From Ptychomitrium polyphyllum (taxonomy: Eukaryota): 64,000 nt of DNA. The stretch lies in the NCBI GenBank assembly GCA_973851085.1, contig OZ316775.1, positions 4,774,001 to 4,838,000 of the forward strand. The letters are read 5' to 3'. Shown in pieces: positions 27,401-39,536 of this stretch. Position 1 is the first letter of the stretch, and each line of letters opens with the position of its first letter. Made by a program: the position numbers and the translations under genes. Under the pieces are notes generated by a model, which saw only the letters and a list, made by a program, of their open reading frames with translations, was not told the origin of the DNA and did not search any database.

Positions 27401-27993
27401 TTACATTCAATATAGTTTGAATATGCTTTGTAAGAAATTAGAGGTGGAATTGTTTATTGATGTAGGAATTTTTTTTTTGAAAAATAGCCAAGCTAAGAAT
27501 GTATTTTAGTACATTCTAAAACATGTCTATTGGACATTGCATGAATTAGTTGTGAAAAAGTAACTTCCAAAGTGCATAATTTTTATGCGCTTCAAACAAC
27601 TCTTTTACAACATTTTCAAACCATTTCATTTACAAACCTCATCTTAGAATTGTTTGTAAATGGAGTTTAAACTTTTTGAACAAAACATACTAAAAGACTT
27701 ACATGTGACTATAACAATGAAGCAAGTGCATGTGTGCAAGTAAATAGGTGAGTATTAATTGATTGGATAAGGAAAACTCAATGTTCATTTACATGAATCA
27801 TCTATAATAGGAGAAGGTTGGATTTGGCTTTATTCAAGAATGTAACACAAGCTTTGATATTCCACATGTGTTCATTTTCAAAATTGCTATTTGTTTAAAT
27901 ATCAAGTGTTGGAAACAAAATCTAACAGAGAATACAATTCAATGTTGCTACCATAGTTGTGAATAGAGAATTGTGATCTTTTGAATGTTGTGC
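18500..27993. repeat. Right arm of palindrome, segment 1
   Basis: Reverse complement of 8266-17759. The only difference I noticed is a synonymous Val codon change (GTT/GTC) at 15659/20600. Confidence 0.95.
18769..25876 (+). CDS. NUP155: Nuclear pore complex protein Nup155 (copy 2), multi-exon; first exon probably in the gap
   Basis: Mirror image of copy 1. First clear exon 18769-18938 after gtgtgcag; last exon 25780-25876 ending TAG. Confidence 0.93.
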
Positions 27994-28877
27994 CGGCGCT
28001 TGACGGCAAAATATTAGACGTTAGCAAAAGAAAATTAAACAACTTTGCTCAGAACGCTTCCAATTTCAACAGGGTATGAGGCGCTTTGAAGGAAGTAAAC
28101 GCCTGCCGCTTACTACGGCACCCGTAAAAAACAAAATGACTTATGGATCATTAATAAGCAAATCTAATTTAGTTTATTTTTACAATGAGGAACCATGAAA
28201 AATAACTTTATTCTTAGGCACAATTCATGAACCATAAAACACAATCTAATCTACAGGGCTAGGCCAAATATGTTGATGTAAGTTCAATTTTAGTTCGTCG
28301 AGAGGGCCTTTGACCTGTTCATGTGACTTTGGTTACCAATTGGCAATAAAAAATCTGGCAATCCATGGACCTTTGAGCTACCATCTAAAAAGGTCTTGGG
28401 GCCATTAAAAGAAAAGGGTTTAATAACTTAACTAGAGAAAAAGAAGAAAAGCTTTCCACAGATTAAATCACATGTTGGCGGCCGCAGTAGAAGCGCCTAA
28501 AAAAAAATTTGGTGTGTTTTTAGTCAGTAATTGAACCAATCATTCTTATTGTTGTAAAATAAGAGCACCTGGTTTTGCTCACTTACAAGGGTTTGATTTT
28601 ATGTCTAAACATCACATGCTATCACATGTTCTTACCATAATTGATACTCAAGATATTGTTTTTGAAGAGTTAGATAGATAGAACTACGTAATTCTATAAT
28701 GCGAAAGAAGCGTAGCAAGTTTATTGGGCCAAAGGTTCTAAATAATGAATGCATTTTGGTCTATAGATAGTAAACCTTAGTATGATAATAATTTAGTTAG
28801 TGATACGCAAAGGTTTTTTATTGGGAGTTTGGTAGGTTCAAAACCTACTTCTGTGTAAAAAACCATACTCAAAGAAA

Positions 28878-28999
28878 AGAGTTTGATCCTGGCTCAGAAT
28901 GAACGCTAGCGATGTGTAACATGTAAAAATCTGCCAAACAGTTTGGACCAAATTCTGAATAAATAAAGGCTAAAAAGCGTTGTTTGATGAGCCCACGTA
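28878..28999 (+). pseudogene. rrn18: Mitochondrial SSU rRNA (rrn18) 5' fragment
   Basis: AGAGTTTGATCCTGGCTCAGAATGAACGCTAGCG, the universal SSU 5' signature, followed by an apparent internal deletion. Confidence 0.85.
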
Positions 29000-29159
29000 T
29001 ACAAGCTTCCTAGCTGACTAACCGTTTAACACATGCCCACTTTGTTTGCTTTGCGAACAAAGAAAGGTGTGCGTAGCGCTGTTACATTTTATATTTTGTT
29101 TTGGAGAGGGGGGCAGAGCATGCTTCTTCGCTCCTCCGCAGGTCGAGGTTCGAGGTAGC

Positions 29160-29284
29160 GAGCTTTATGACGGAAAACTGTCACGTATGGTTCTGAGGGC
29201 AAACATCGAGCGCTGACCCCTATCTTATATCATGATATTTTTTTCTTCCTAATAATTATTTTGATCTTTGTATTATGGATGTTG
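29160..29284 (+). pseudogene. cox2: Group II intron 3' end (domains V-VI) plus cox2 exon fragment
   Basis: dV-like gagctttatgacggaaaactgtcacgtatggttc, intron end ..cccctat, then exon LYHDIFFFLIIILIFVLWML. Confidence 0.85.
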
Positions 29285-29348
29285 AATTTATAATACAAAA
29301 ACTAAAATGTAACAAAAACCTATTTATTTTTTAAATAAAAAATAAAAA

Positions 29349-29350
<2 letters not shown>

Positions 29351-29389
<39 letters not shown>
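29351..29389. repeat. (TA)n microsatellite within the NUMT
   Basis: About 19 TA units. Confidence 0.95.
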
Positions 29390-29395
<6 letters not shown>

Positions 29396-30043
29396 TATAG
29401 CCCCAACCTGGGCAGGAAAAGCAAGACTTTCCTGATTCTCAATTCTATCCATCGCCAAACCAACGAGGTTTCCCGTCGGAAGTTTTTGTAGTGGTTCCAC
29501 AAGGACCGTACAAATTGTGGCCTTTCCTCGTGAATAGGTCCGGATTTCCATCGGAAGTTCCCACTAGGTATTTAACGATTTGTAGAGCCTTGATTGACCC
29601 ATTCATCGCTGTGGAGTTCATGTGTTTTCCGCCGCAAGATTCCCCTTTTCTTTCTTGTGTAGTAGAAGTACTCATGCTGTAGACGGCACATATCCCAAGT
29701 TCACGCAGGTAGAGTCCTGGGTGTCTTCCCTCTAAGAGTAGGGCATAATGTTGGCATAATTCAATTTTAACAACAAATCTTGAAGTAATAAATTTTTGTA
29801 ATGAAATCGGAGTCTATTTGGAGTAAATATAAGTTGGCTGCTTTTTATTATTTTAAATAAAAACAAATGGAAGCATTGTCTCCTATTTGTTTTATAAATA
29901 GCGGGCTGTTATGCCTTCTTTTTACATAATAAAAAGAAAAGCGTAAAGGAACGTAGTAACAAGCTTTTGATTAGCTTCGTGCCCTAAGAAAGCAAAAAAA
30001 ATATTTTTAAACTTTTTGCAGCAAATATTTTAGTCCAGAAACC

Positions 30044-30503
30044 TTACTATTGTAGCACGTGTGTAGCCCAGGCCATAAGGGCCATGCGGACTTGATGCCA
30101 TCCTCACCTTCCTCTAGTATATCACTAGCAGTTTTTTGTAAGTGCAGTACATGAGTATGAATTGTCAATTATGTTTACACTACATTGTTATGTGTGCCAC
30201 GCTATGAGAGCTGTGCTCGTCAAAGTACCCAACCGTGTGGTTGTGGCCATACAGCGTTGTAATATCCTTTGCGTAGTCTTCGTCAATTTCAAATGATCCA
30301 TAATCGACCCCAAAACGCATGTCTTAGCAACACAAAACGAGGGTTGCGCTCGTTATAGGACTTAATCCAACATCTCACGACACAAGCTGACGACAGCCAT
30401 ACAGCACCTGTATAAATTTTTGTACCGTCCCATTAAGGACAAACAAACTTATTCATATGTTAAAGACTGGTAAGGTTTTGCACGTTGTATCGAATTAAAC
30501 CAC
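30044..30503 (-). pseudogene. rrn18: Mitochondrial SSU rRNA (rrn18) 3'-half fragment
   Basis: Reverse complement of conserved SSU motifs (gggttgcgctcgtt, gctgacgacagccat, cgaattaaaccac, gtagcacgtgtgtagccc) with a long insertion as in plant mitochondrial SSU rRNA. Confidence 0.9.
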
Positions 30504-30808
30504 GCTGCATGGTGAATTTTGCGCATAGTTAGATACAAAATTATCTTTTGCCCATGAAATCTGTAGATTATTTTTTGATTTTGAATTTGCATAAAGCAAA
30601 TTCATCATGTATGATAATTACGGCTCCGTTCTGGAAATCTTGAATCTCATCCCCTTTAACCAACACTACGCCTAGGTTTCTAAATCACAAAGGCCTCGTA
30701 TGAATGTCCAAGTGTAGATAATTGGCACAGAGCGGAAATTTTTTATTTTCCGTCAAGTTTCAAGCTGCTTGGTTTAGACTTGATTTGCTCATAATAGGAC
30801 GCGAATTT

Positions 30809-30928
30809 TTAGGTGTAAAATGTGACGCTGTACCTGGTCGTTTAAATTAGACTTCCATTTTTATTAAACAAGAAGGAATTTACTATGGTCAGTGCAGTGA
30901 ACTTTGTGGAACTAATCATGCGTTTATG
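30809..30928 (+). pseudogene. cox2: cox2 C-terminal exon fragment
   Basis: [39 protein letters not shown] (CuA ligands), with CAG>TAG at 30848. Confidence 0.92.
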
Positions 30929-31209
30929 AGAGTTCCTTGTTAGCGGAAGCAAATGTCTCGAGACTTCCTATTGAGACAAATAGGCCGCAGGGCGCAGCAA
31001 AAAATATATATATATATATAGAATATATTTCTTTTTGTAGCTTTTTGCATCTCGTGTGTTCAAAGGTCTCCGACCATTGATGTGCATTATTTTGCATCAT
31101 CAAAAGCAAATCCAGCTTCTTTATTATGGTTAATAATGACGCGCTTAAAAAGTAAAGAAGTGAAGTAGCAACTGTTTTGATACCCCTTACACTAGTCTTT
31201 TAATGAAGG

Positions 31210-31563
31210 TTTATACCACTGGAAAAGTACAAAAAACACCACTTATTTGAAGAACCCAATGGCCTACTAATTTAGAAAGTAATATTTTTTGCAAACAATA
31301 GCTGCTTGAACAATACAATTCAAGTGTACCATCTTCAAAATCATTCTAAAGAAAACGTTCAAGAAGAAAAGAAAACAATAAACAAATCCAAATTAAACCT
31401 AAATGAAAATGACATAAAAAGTCTTTAGAAAAGCCTATCATTAAGGGCATTACTACGATGTATGACAAAAATAAAGAAAAAGTTGTGATTAGTGTAGATA
31501 ACTTAAGGAAAATCTGTTGATAAAAAAGTTTTAGAAACAGTTTCAAGGGCGAAGCTTCTTCAT
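31210..31563 (-). pseudogene. ccmB: ccmB 5' fragment
   Basis: ..STLITTFSLFLSYIVVMPLMIGFSKDFLCHFHLGLIWICLLFSF..*NDFEDGTLELY..LVGHWVLQISGVFC, with an in-frame stop. Confidence 0.88.
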
Positions 31564-32084
31564 TTTTAAATCCGAAAAAAAATAAATAAATAAATAAATA
31601 AATTTTTTTTAAAAATAAAAATAATAAAAAAATAAAAATAATAAAAATAAAATTATATATATATATATATACATTTTAATTTTTAATTTTTTAATTTTTT
31701 TATTTTAATTTTATTTTTTATTTTTTTTAAAATTTTTTATTTATTTTAATTTTTTTAGCTAGGGCTTGCGGCCTCGACTTAAGGGTTTTTGCGAGAGCGG
31801 CTAAGCACTTTGCAAAAGAATGACTATTTTTGTAATTATACGGCAATGCCTAGGTGATTGGTCCTGCCCAATATCGTGCCCACATATATGTACGGAAATA
31901 ATATAAGCTGTTGGTGTACCGCCCAGCGAAGAAGCTTATTTCGGCCGAGTAACTGCTCCTGTAGACTGCCAAGATTATTTAGCAATAGCATGGCACGCCT
32001 TTGCCCTTTGGAATACTAAAATATGCTTTGCCCTTTAACTCATATTCTAATGTGTTTACTTCCTAGAAAAGAAAGAGATGATTT

Positions 32085-32316
32085 GTGGATAACCAATCAT
32101 TTTTCAAATCTCTGATAGCTACTTTATCAAAATGGATACATCAATTTCAAAAATCAAAACATGAAAACATATTATATACCAATCCTGAATACCTATTTCA
32201 ATTACTATGGTTTTTGAAATATCATACCAATACACGTTTTCAAGTCTTGATTGATATTTGTGGAGTTGATTATCCTTCTCAAAAGCAAAGATTTGAAGTA
32301 GTTTATAATTTACTAA
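32085..32316 (+). pseudogene. nad9: nad9 5' fragment
   Basis: DNQSFFKSLIATL..FLKYHTNTRFQVLIDICGVDYPS..RFEVVYNLL, then truncated. Confidence 0.93.
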
Positions 32317-32456
32317 GGGTGATTGCAAAGTAACCGAATCAAGTCCTCATTTGTACAAAAAAATGAATGAGACGTTGTAGAAGTTTGCAACGAAATGGGC
32401 ATGACTTATTTGACGGATATATCGCTAGAGACACCCAATGGAACGAACTTCCAATG

Positions 32457-32930
32457 GGATATTTGGGGGATTTTTTTGAATAGAAAAAATATCCTTATTA
32501 TATTAATGTCAAATGAGTTAATATTACTTGCAGTTGATTTAGACCTTTTTGGTATTTTTGGTTTATTTAGATGATATGGTGGGTCAATTATTTGCTTTAT
32601 TTGTTTTAATGGTGGCAGTTGTGGAATCCGCTATTGGGCTGGCCATTCTAGTTATAACTTTTTGAATTTGTGGGACTACTGCAATAGAATTTAGGGCGAC
32701 CGTTTGCGTCACTTTAGGTTCTCAATCTCGCCGCTGAAATGCTCAGTTGACTCTTGAACCTTGATAGGAAGACGGCTTCTTCCTAAATTAGTGCAAAAAG
32801 TTCAAGGATTTAGGATGAACTTAATGTGAATGCGTATAAGCTTTGCTGCTCAAAAACACCCAATATTGACCACACTGAGAGACTTGCCAATGGCAAGAAA
32901 GGCCGCGGGTAACGCTAGTTGGCGAAATGG
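32457..32930 (+). pseudogene. nad4L: nad4L fragment followed by the 5' part of its group II intron
   Basis: [43 protein letters not shown], with frameshift and stop; intron-like start gggcgac at 32694 (right end approximate). Confidence 0.85.
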
Positions 32931-32939
32931 TGCAATAAA

Positions 32940-33300
32940 CCAAATTCAATTTGATCCTCTTGTTTACATAGTTTCCGATTTGGCGGCACAAAGCATAATT
33001 GAAAGATATATAATGGAGGAAGCAAAAAATAAAGAGGACAGTTTGAAAAAAAGAATGCGTTCTATTCTTTGGAATAAAAGCATTTGTTCAAAAAAAAAAG
33101 GCTTAAACTATATGGACAAAACTGCACAAGGCTCCTTGCCAAAGAATATACGGTTTTGTCCACTTCATTTGCCAAGCGAATGAAGCGGGCTTTGCAAGAA
33201 AAAATAGATCCAAAAGTTTTCCAAACATTTAAACAGCTTATTAAGTTTCCCTTTTCTCTAAAAATATTAATTTTGGAAGAAGAGGGAGTACTAACCACAT
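32940..33300 (+). pseudogene. Probable mitochondrial rps3 internal fragment
   Basis: Lys-rich reading frame (FDPLVYIVSDLAAQSIIERY..LKKRMRSILWNKS..) between mitochondrial pieces; assignment from memory of bryophyte rps3 only. Confidence 0.45.
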
Positions 33301-33310
33301 TGAGGAACAT

Positions 33311-33675
33311 CCTTTGTGGAAATTATTTATGATTTTTTGCTAAAATTTGGTAAATGAACAAATAAGCGGTCCTTCTTTGATAAAACAACGCTTTTTTCCT
33401 TTAATCTTTGTTACTTTTACTTTTTTATTATTTTGTAATCTATTTGGTATGATACCCTACAGTTTTATAGTAAAAGTCATCTTATAATTATCCTGGGTCT
33501 TTCATTATTTCTCTTTATCGGAATCACTAAAGTTGGATTTCAAATACATGGGCTTCATTATTTTAGTATTTTATTGCTACAAGGGAAACCCTTATCATTA
33601 GCTACCTTCCTAATTTTTCTTGAGCAAATTTCTTATTGTTTTTGCGCATTAAGTCTACAAATACGTTTATTTGCC
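33311..33675 (+). pseudogene. atp6: atp6 internal fragment, degenerate
   Basis: VNEQISG..KQRFFPLIFVTFTF..GMIPYSF..HGLH..EQISYCFCALSLQIRLFA, with several frameshifts. Confidence 0.88.
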
Positions 33676-33710
33676 GTAAAATCTAATTCTAAGATTGTAG
33701 TTGTCGCGCA

Positions 33711-34855
33711 TGTCGCGTACCTCGCCCTGAAGAGTGCCCGCAACACTAAAGGCACAAGAGGGACCCCGAAGTGACGTCCGGGACTTGTGGCGTCGATAGT
33801 GAGGGAAACCGAGTGGGCCTAACATGGGAAGGACGCCTAGGGGGAGAAACATCCTTGCCCTTGTAGATCGAGGGCCACGAGGGATAAATCATGGGCATTA
33901 AAGGAATCATGAAGAGCTGATTCTAGAATGCTAAGGATTGCCCAAATCAAACATGGGAGCTAAAAGTTATGGCATTTCGAAGTTAGGGTTGCTAAGGGGC
34001 TGTTCTGGAGTGTGGCAGCCCTACACAGTGACTGTGCTGGAGTGGGATAGTTCAGGGAAGCACTCCCCGGGAGTCCCGAACCTTGAGAGAGGCGTATCTC
34101 CCACAATACTAACTCAAATTGGACGTTTGAGGAGTCTATTGGCATCTACGCAAAGAGTAGATGACGATAGAATGGTTGCTTGATACATTTGGGTACCAAA
34201 TGAGGAAGATATGGCGCCCTAAAGGTTCGCTGGGAGTCTTAGAGGCTTCCAGCGGCTAAATCCCAAGGGGGATCGGGTGGTCTTCCAAAACTCTATGTGT
34301 GTCGGGGTTCAGCTAGCTCCAAAGGGCCAAGGGGCCTGCCGAATCCCACAGAGAGTACTATAAGGGAGGGCTGGTCCCCCTCCCCACTCCCCTAGTATCC
34401 CGGTAGAGACCAAGGGTGAGTCCCAGTTGGTGGAGCTAGTGTTGGAGCTTCACCACGGGGACTCCCACACCATTGTGAGCCGGTGGACGGCCGGTTTCAC
34501 AAAGGGAACTAGCACGTTCAAAAGGGTATGCTTGTTACCACTAAATTGGAGTGGTGTCTTCACGCCGGCACCATGATGGCCCGGGGTGATCTTAGAATCA
34601 CATGGGCATCATGAGTGATGGTGAGGAGATACCACTAAGTGCAGTTAGGCCGTGTAAATTGGGAGTAACACCAAGTGAGGCCTTGGACATGAATGGAAGT
34701 CCGCACTTAATCATTGACTACTAATAAATTAGGTGTCCTAAGAGAAATGGTAGAAAGACTTGGAAAGTGAGAATGGGGGTTAATCATGTGCATGTGGGAG
34801 TGTACAGGGTTGACGCGCGTGACGCTTGCTAAGGTGCATTGCAAGGGTTGCGACA
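33711..34855 (+). repeat. 5' LTR (preceded by a 9-bp duplicate of its terminus at 33702-33710)
   Basis: tgtcgcgtacctcg ... gggttgcgaca; aligns with 40331-41474. Confidence 0.95.
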
Positions 34856-34857
34856 TT

Positions 34858-34869
34858 TGGTATCAGAGC
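34858..34869 (+). promoter_or_regulatory. Primer binding site (initiator tRNA-Met)
   Basis: TGGTATCAGAGC, 2 nt after the LTR end. Confidence 0.93.
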
Positions 34870-34907
34870 AGGCTTTGAGTATCCAAGTGCTACGGTGCGA
34901 GGAGGCT

Positions 34908-37900
34908 ATGGGTATAAAGATGGCCGGTGATATCGGTGAGCCCGGGACCTTTGATTGACCACGCACAAGGGTGAACAAAGACCCCGATCCGATTACTGAA
35001 GCTCCATCCTTTGATTCCAATGAGCAAGGGAATGACATTGGAGTCACCGAGGAAGTTGAGAAAACTCAACAAGACGAAGCATTGAAGGGTGGAGAGTACT
35101 CAGGAGCTAGGATTCTGGAGCCACCTGAGGATCTAGAAAGTCAGGACCCAAATTTGAGTTTCCGTATGAAAATGCTCGAGTTCATGGACGGTGTGAACCA
35201 AGAACTCAAGCGTGGCAAAGAAGAAAGGACTTGTTTAGAGAGGTTGATTGAGCACTTGATGGCACAAGGTTCTAGGTCCTCATCTTCGACCAAGAAGTTG
35301 GCCAAAGTGAACATGCCCAGCACTTTTTCTGGGCTAGGCAAGGCCAGGAAGGTGAAGGAGTTTCTTTTGGAAATGGACAACTATTATGATGTTCAAAAGC
35401 CGGAGGAGGTGGACAAAGTTTCAATTGCAGTGACCTTTTTGAAAGACCATGTTCTTCAATGGTGGACAAGTAAAAAGGAGCAAGAGCCGGAGTTGGTGGC
35501 AACTTTGACTTGGGTCAATTTTAAAGAGATTTTGAGTGAACGCTTCACTCCAAAATACCAAGAGTTGAGGGAGGGCATGAACTTGGTGCAAATGAGGCAT
35601 ACCGGGTCGCTCAAGACTTATGTGCGAGATTTCAACGTCCAAATGAATGCCACATTCAAAATGGATGAGTTTTCAAAGAAATGCATCTTTTTGGGTGGAC
35701 TTCAAAAGTGGGTGGTGGACGCCTTGTTCAAATTCCCAAAGCTTCCGGAGGATGTGGCAGGAATCATTAAGATCGCGGAAAGAATTTAAACCGACGGTCC
35801 CGAAAGAAAATCAAGTGGTCCCTCTCAACAAAGTGGATTGAGCCGAAATATATCTCGCGGCAGAGAACTCAAGAAATTTGGCTTTGGAAACAAACACAAG
35901 GGACAAGTAGATGGAAGAACCTACAACAAAGTGGACCATCATGAGAGAAAACCATTCAAATTGGGAGATAAGAGTGCTGAGGTGAAGCACAAGCATTGCC
36001 ACGGGTGTGGCAAGATTGGTCACTTCATTGCGGAGTGCCTTAATAAAAAGGTGAGTACCAAAGCTTGTCACACTTGTGTTGTGGATCACATTTTAGAAGG
36101 TGGATTTGTAGCCAAGGCTAGTAGCCTTAAGCCAAGGTCGAGTCTTTTATACCTTGAGGCCCAAATAAATGGCAAAAATGTCTCATGTTTGATTGGCACA
36201 AGGGCAACGCACTCCTTCATGAGTCCCAAGCTAGCAAGGGAGTTGGGCTTGTCGGCTCAAAAAGCTAGCAAGCCCATCAACGTGCGATTTGCAAAAGGCA
36301 AACCGTACGAGACGAAGGAGGTGGTGTTGGATGTGGCCTTAAACAAGGGAACATTGGAGTTGAAGGAAAGTTTTATATTATGTGAGATGGATGAGGTAGA
36401 TCTCATTTTAGGTGATACCTGTTTTGAAACTCATGTGGTGGATGTGAAGCAAAAGCCAGCACGGTTAGTAGTGCGCCGTGGTGGGAAGGAGACAATATTG
36501 AAGTTGACTAGGACTCCTATGGTTGCGGGAGGCAAGTTGAACTTAGTCTCCTTAGAACAATTAGAGAATAACCAATTTGTGGTTGTGATGCAAATGGAGC
36601 AAGAAGAGGGAAATAGGCCAAGTGCCAAGGAAGTTAGGACTCTTCTCAAGTGCATTCAAAATGTACTAAGTGGTTACAAGGATGTGCTCACCAAGGAGCT
36701 GCCCGCAGAGTTACCGCCAAGAAGAGAAGTGGATCACAAATTTGAAGTGATACCGGGAACGGAGCCCCCTTCAAAGGCTCTATACCGGTTGAACCAAAAA
36801 GAACTAGAGGAACTGAAGAAGCAATTGAATGACTTGTTGGAAAGAGGCTATGTTAGGCCAAGTAAGTCGCCATATGGAGCACCGGTCCTCTTCGTGGACA
36901 AAATTGATGGCAAGCTCCGCATGTGTGTCGACTATAGAGTCTTGAATAAAGCCACCATCAAGAACAACTATCCTTTGCCTCGGATCGATGACCTCTTTGA
37001 TAGATTGGCGGGAGCTAAATACTTTAGTCGGATAGACTTGAAGTTGGGCTACTATCAAATCCGCATTGCGGATGAAGATGTGCCAAAGACCGCATGCCGC
37101 ACTAGGTATGGGTCCTATGAATTTTTGGTGATGCCATTCGGGTTGTGTAATGCTCCTTCGACGTTCACGACCCTCATGAATACCATCTTTCGAGAAGAGA
37201 TGGATGACTTTGTCATTGTCTACATTGATGACATCTTGGTGTACTCCAAGTCGGCGGAAGAATATGCAAGGCACCTCGAAGTGGTGCTTCAAAAACTTAG
37301 GGACCACAAACTTTATGCCAACGGAGAAAAGAGTGAGTTTGCTCAACTTGAGATTGAGTTCTTGGGCCATATAGTGACGGATGATGGAATCAAGCCGGAT
37401 ATAAGGAAGATAAAGGCAATTAGAGAGTGGAAACAACCTTCTACACAAAAAGGGCTGAGATCATTTCTTGGCCTAGCAAATTATTATAGGAGGTTCATAC
37501 GCAACTTTTCCAAAATTGCTAGACCTTTGTCCGATTTGTTGAAAAAAGGAGCTAGCCAAGTATGGGATGGATTTTGTCACCAAGCTTTTCAAGAACTCAA
37601 GGATAAGTTGTCACAACCGCCGGTATTGAAGTTTCCCGAGTTTGAAAAGCCCTTTGAGGTCCACACGGATGCAAGTGACTTTGCCATTGGCGGAGTTTCC
37701 ATGCAAGAAGGCATGCCAATTGCCTATGAGAGCAAGAAGTTGGATGGGTGCCAGAAGAGGTGGCCCACGCATGAAAAAGAACTCGTTGCCGTAATGCATT
37801 GTTTGAAAACATGGCGGCACTACTTGGGCCTACATAAAACCAAAGTCTACACGGACAACGTGTCCTAAAAGTACTTTGAGTTGTAGGCACAAATGAGTGC

Positions 37901-39536
37901 AAAACAATTGAGATGGCATGACACCTTAGCACTCATGAATGTGGATTTGATCCACAAGCCGGGGCGTGACAATGTAGTGCCGGATGCTCTAAGTAGGCGG
38001 GAGGAGTTGCAAGCGATGGGCACAATCCAAGTCCTGCAAGTAATGTATAAGGGAGAAGGCAATTTGGAAAGGAAGATAAGAGAGGGGTACATGAAGGCCT
38101 CCGAAGCACAAAGGCTTCTCGGCGAGCTTAAGAAGGATAAGAAACTTAAGGAAATTAAGTTGGAGAAGGGATTGCTCAAGTACAAACAAAGTCGGGTGTA
38201 TGTGCCTCAAGGAAAACTACGGTTGTTGGTTTTGAAAGAAGAACATGATAGTCCCATAGTCGGCCATAGAGGGGAAAAAACCACCATAGCGGCGGTGTCA
38301 AGAAGGTACTATTGGCCGGGCATGAAAGCAGACATCACCGACTTTGTGAAAACTTGTGTGAAGTGCCAGCTGAATAGAGCTTCTTATAAAAAGCAAGCCG
38401 GTCTACTACAACCTTTGCCAATTCCGCCGGGTCCATGGCATAGCGTGTCCATGGACTTCATCACAAGTCTTCCGGATTCGCACGGGCACGATGCCATCTT
38501 TGTGATGGTAAATCGCTTTAGCAAGTTGGCGCACATGGTGCCAACTAGAGGAACCGTAACTGCACATGAGACCGCAAAGCTATTCCTCGATGCATGGTGG
38601 AAACACCACGGGTTGCCAAGAGTGATTGTGTTAGATCAAGATCCAAAATTCACTAGTGCTTTTTGGAAACATTTTTTTAGGAAAGTAGGAACCAAATTGA
38701 CATTTAGCACTGCCTTCCATCCTCAAACGGATGGGCAAACGGAACGAGTGAATGGAGTCTTGAACCAATACTTGAGGAACTTTGTGAGTGCGGACCAGTG
38801 CGATTGGGCGGATTACGTGAGCTTAGCGGAGTTTAGTTACAATGCGGCCAACCATTCGGCGACAAAGCAGTCGCCATTTAAGGTGGCCTATGGAGTGGAG
38901 CCACTCCAGCCTGCCGACTTAGCTCTCGAAGGAGCACATTCAACACTAGAGTTTAACCAAGATGGTGAGGACTTGGCCAAAAAGCGGGAACAGATGTTAA
39001 AGAAGACCAAGCTTTTGTTGGAAAAGGCACAAAAGCGGTATGAGAAACAAGTCAATGCCGAAAGACGTGAAGTGGAGTATGAAGTAGGCCAAAAGGTATT
39101 GTTGAATGTGAAGAACTTTAGCTTGCCCGAAGGCCTCACTCCAAAGTTCATGTCCAAGTTTGCGGGGCCGTTTTCCATTGTGGAGCGGATGTTTAAAGAT
39201 GTATACAAGTTGGAGCTACCACCCGAAATCAAAGTGCATCCAATTTTTCATATCTCACTCCTTAAGCCATTCAAAAAAGATACCTTGTGGCCCAATTCCA
39301 AACAAGTGATTCGGCCACCGCCGGAATTGGTGGGCGACCACTTGGAATACAAAGCAGAAGGAATTCTCAAGTGTAGGCACCACAAGAAAGTAGGAAAAGA
39401 GTATTTGGTGAAGTGGAGAGGGTACCATGAGAAAGAAGCAACTTGGATAGCAGCCAAGGACTTGGGAAATGCCAATGAGGTGGTAGAAAGCTTTGAAAGG
39501 GATAGGAACTCCAACAAAAGACAACGTCGGCATTGA
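34908..39536 (+). pseudogene. gag-pol polyprotein, single frame with four in-frame stops
   Basis: Zn knuckle [14 protein letters not shown]; mutated protease site [12 protein letters not shown] motifs [21 protein letters not shown]; RNase [10 protein letters not shown]; integrase HHCC, HPQTDGQTE and GPF; chromodomain EYLVKWRGY..TW. Stops at about 34956, 35787, 37866 and 37884; no frameshift. Confidence 0.95.

Larger units (their letters stand above)
27994..33682. other. NUMT: mosaic of non-contiguous mitochondrial DNA fragments inserted in the right arm
   Basis: Contains pieces of rrn18, cox2, ccmB, nad9, nad4L, probable rps3 and atp6, plus group II intron ends and AT microsatellites. Host arm sequence stops at ..gttgtgc (27993) and resumes at ctaattctaagatt (33683). 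Confidence 0.93.

Noticed and set aside
8266..27993. Palindrome as a pure scaffolding artefact (same contig placed twice)
   Set aside because: Not fully excluded, but the arms continue into different unique flanks with arm-specific insertions, TSD-defined empty sites, graded divergence and symmetric tetraspanin paralogues, which a simple misjoin would not produce.
28878..30503. Bacterial 16S rRNA gene, contamination or horizontal transfer
   Set aside because: The pieces are fragmentary, carry a plant-mitochondrial-type insertion and sit among cox2, ccmB, nad and atp6 fragments, so they are NUMT.
33938..34183. 81-aa ORF open in both LTRs (also 40558-40803)
   Set aside because: TTG start, short and no known motif; its presence twice is explained by LTR duplication.
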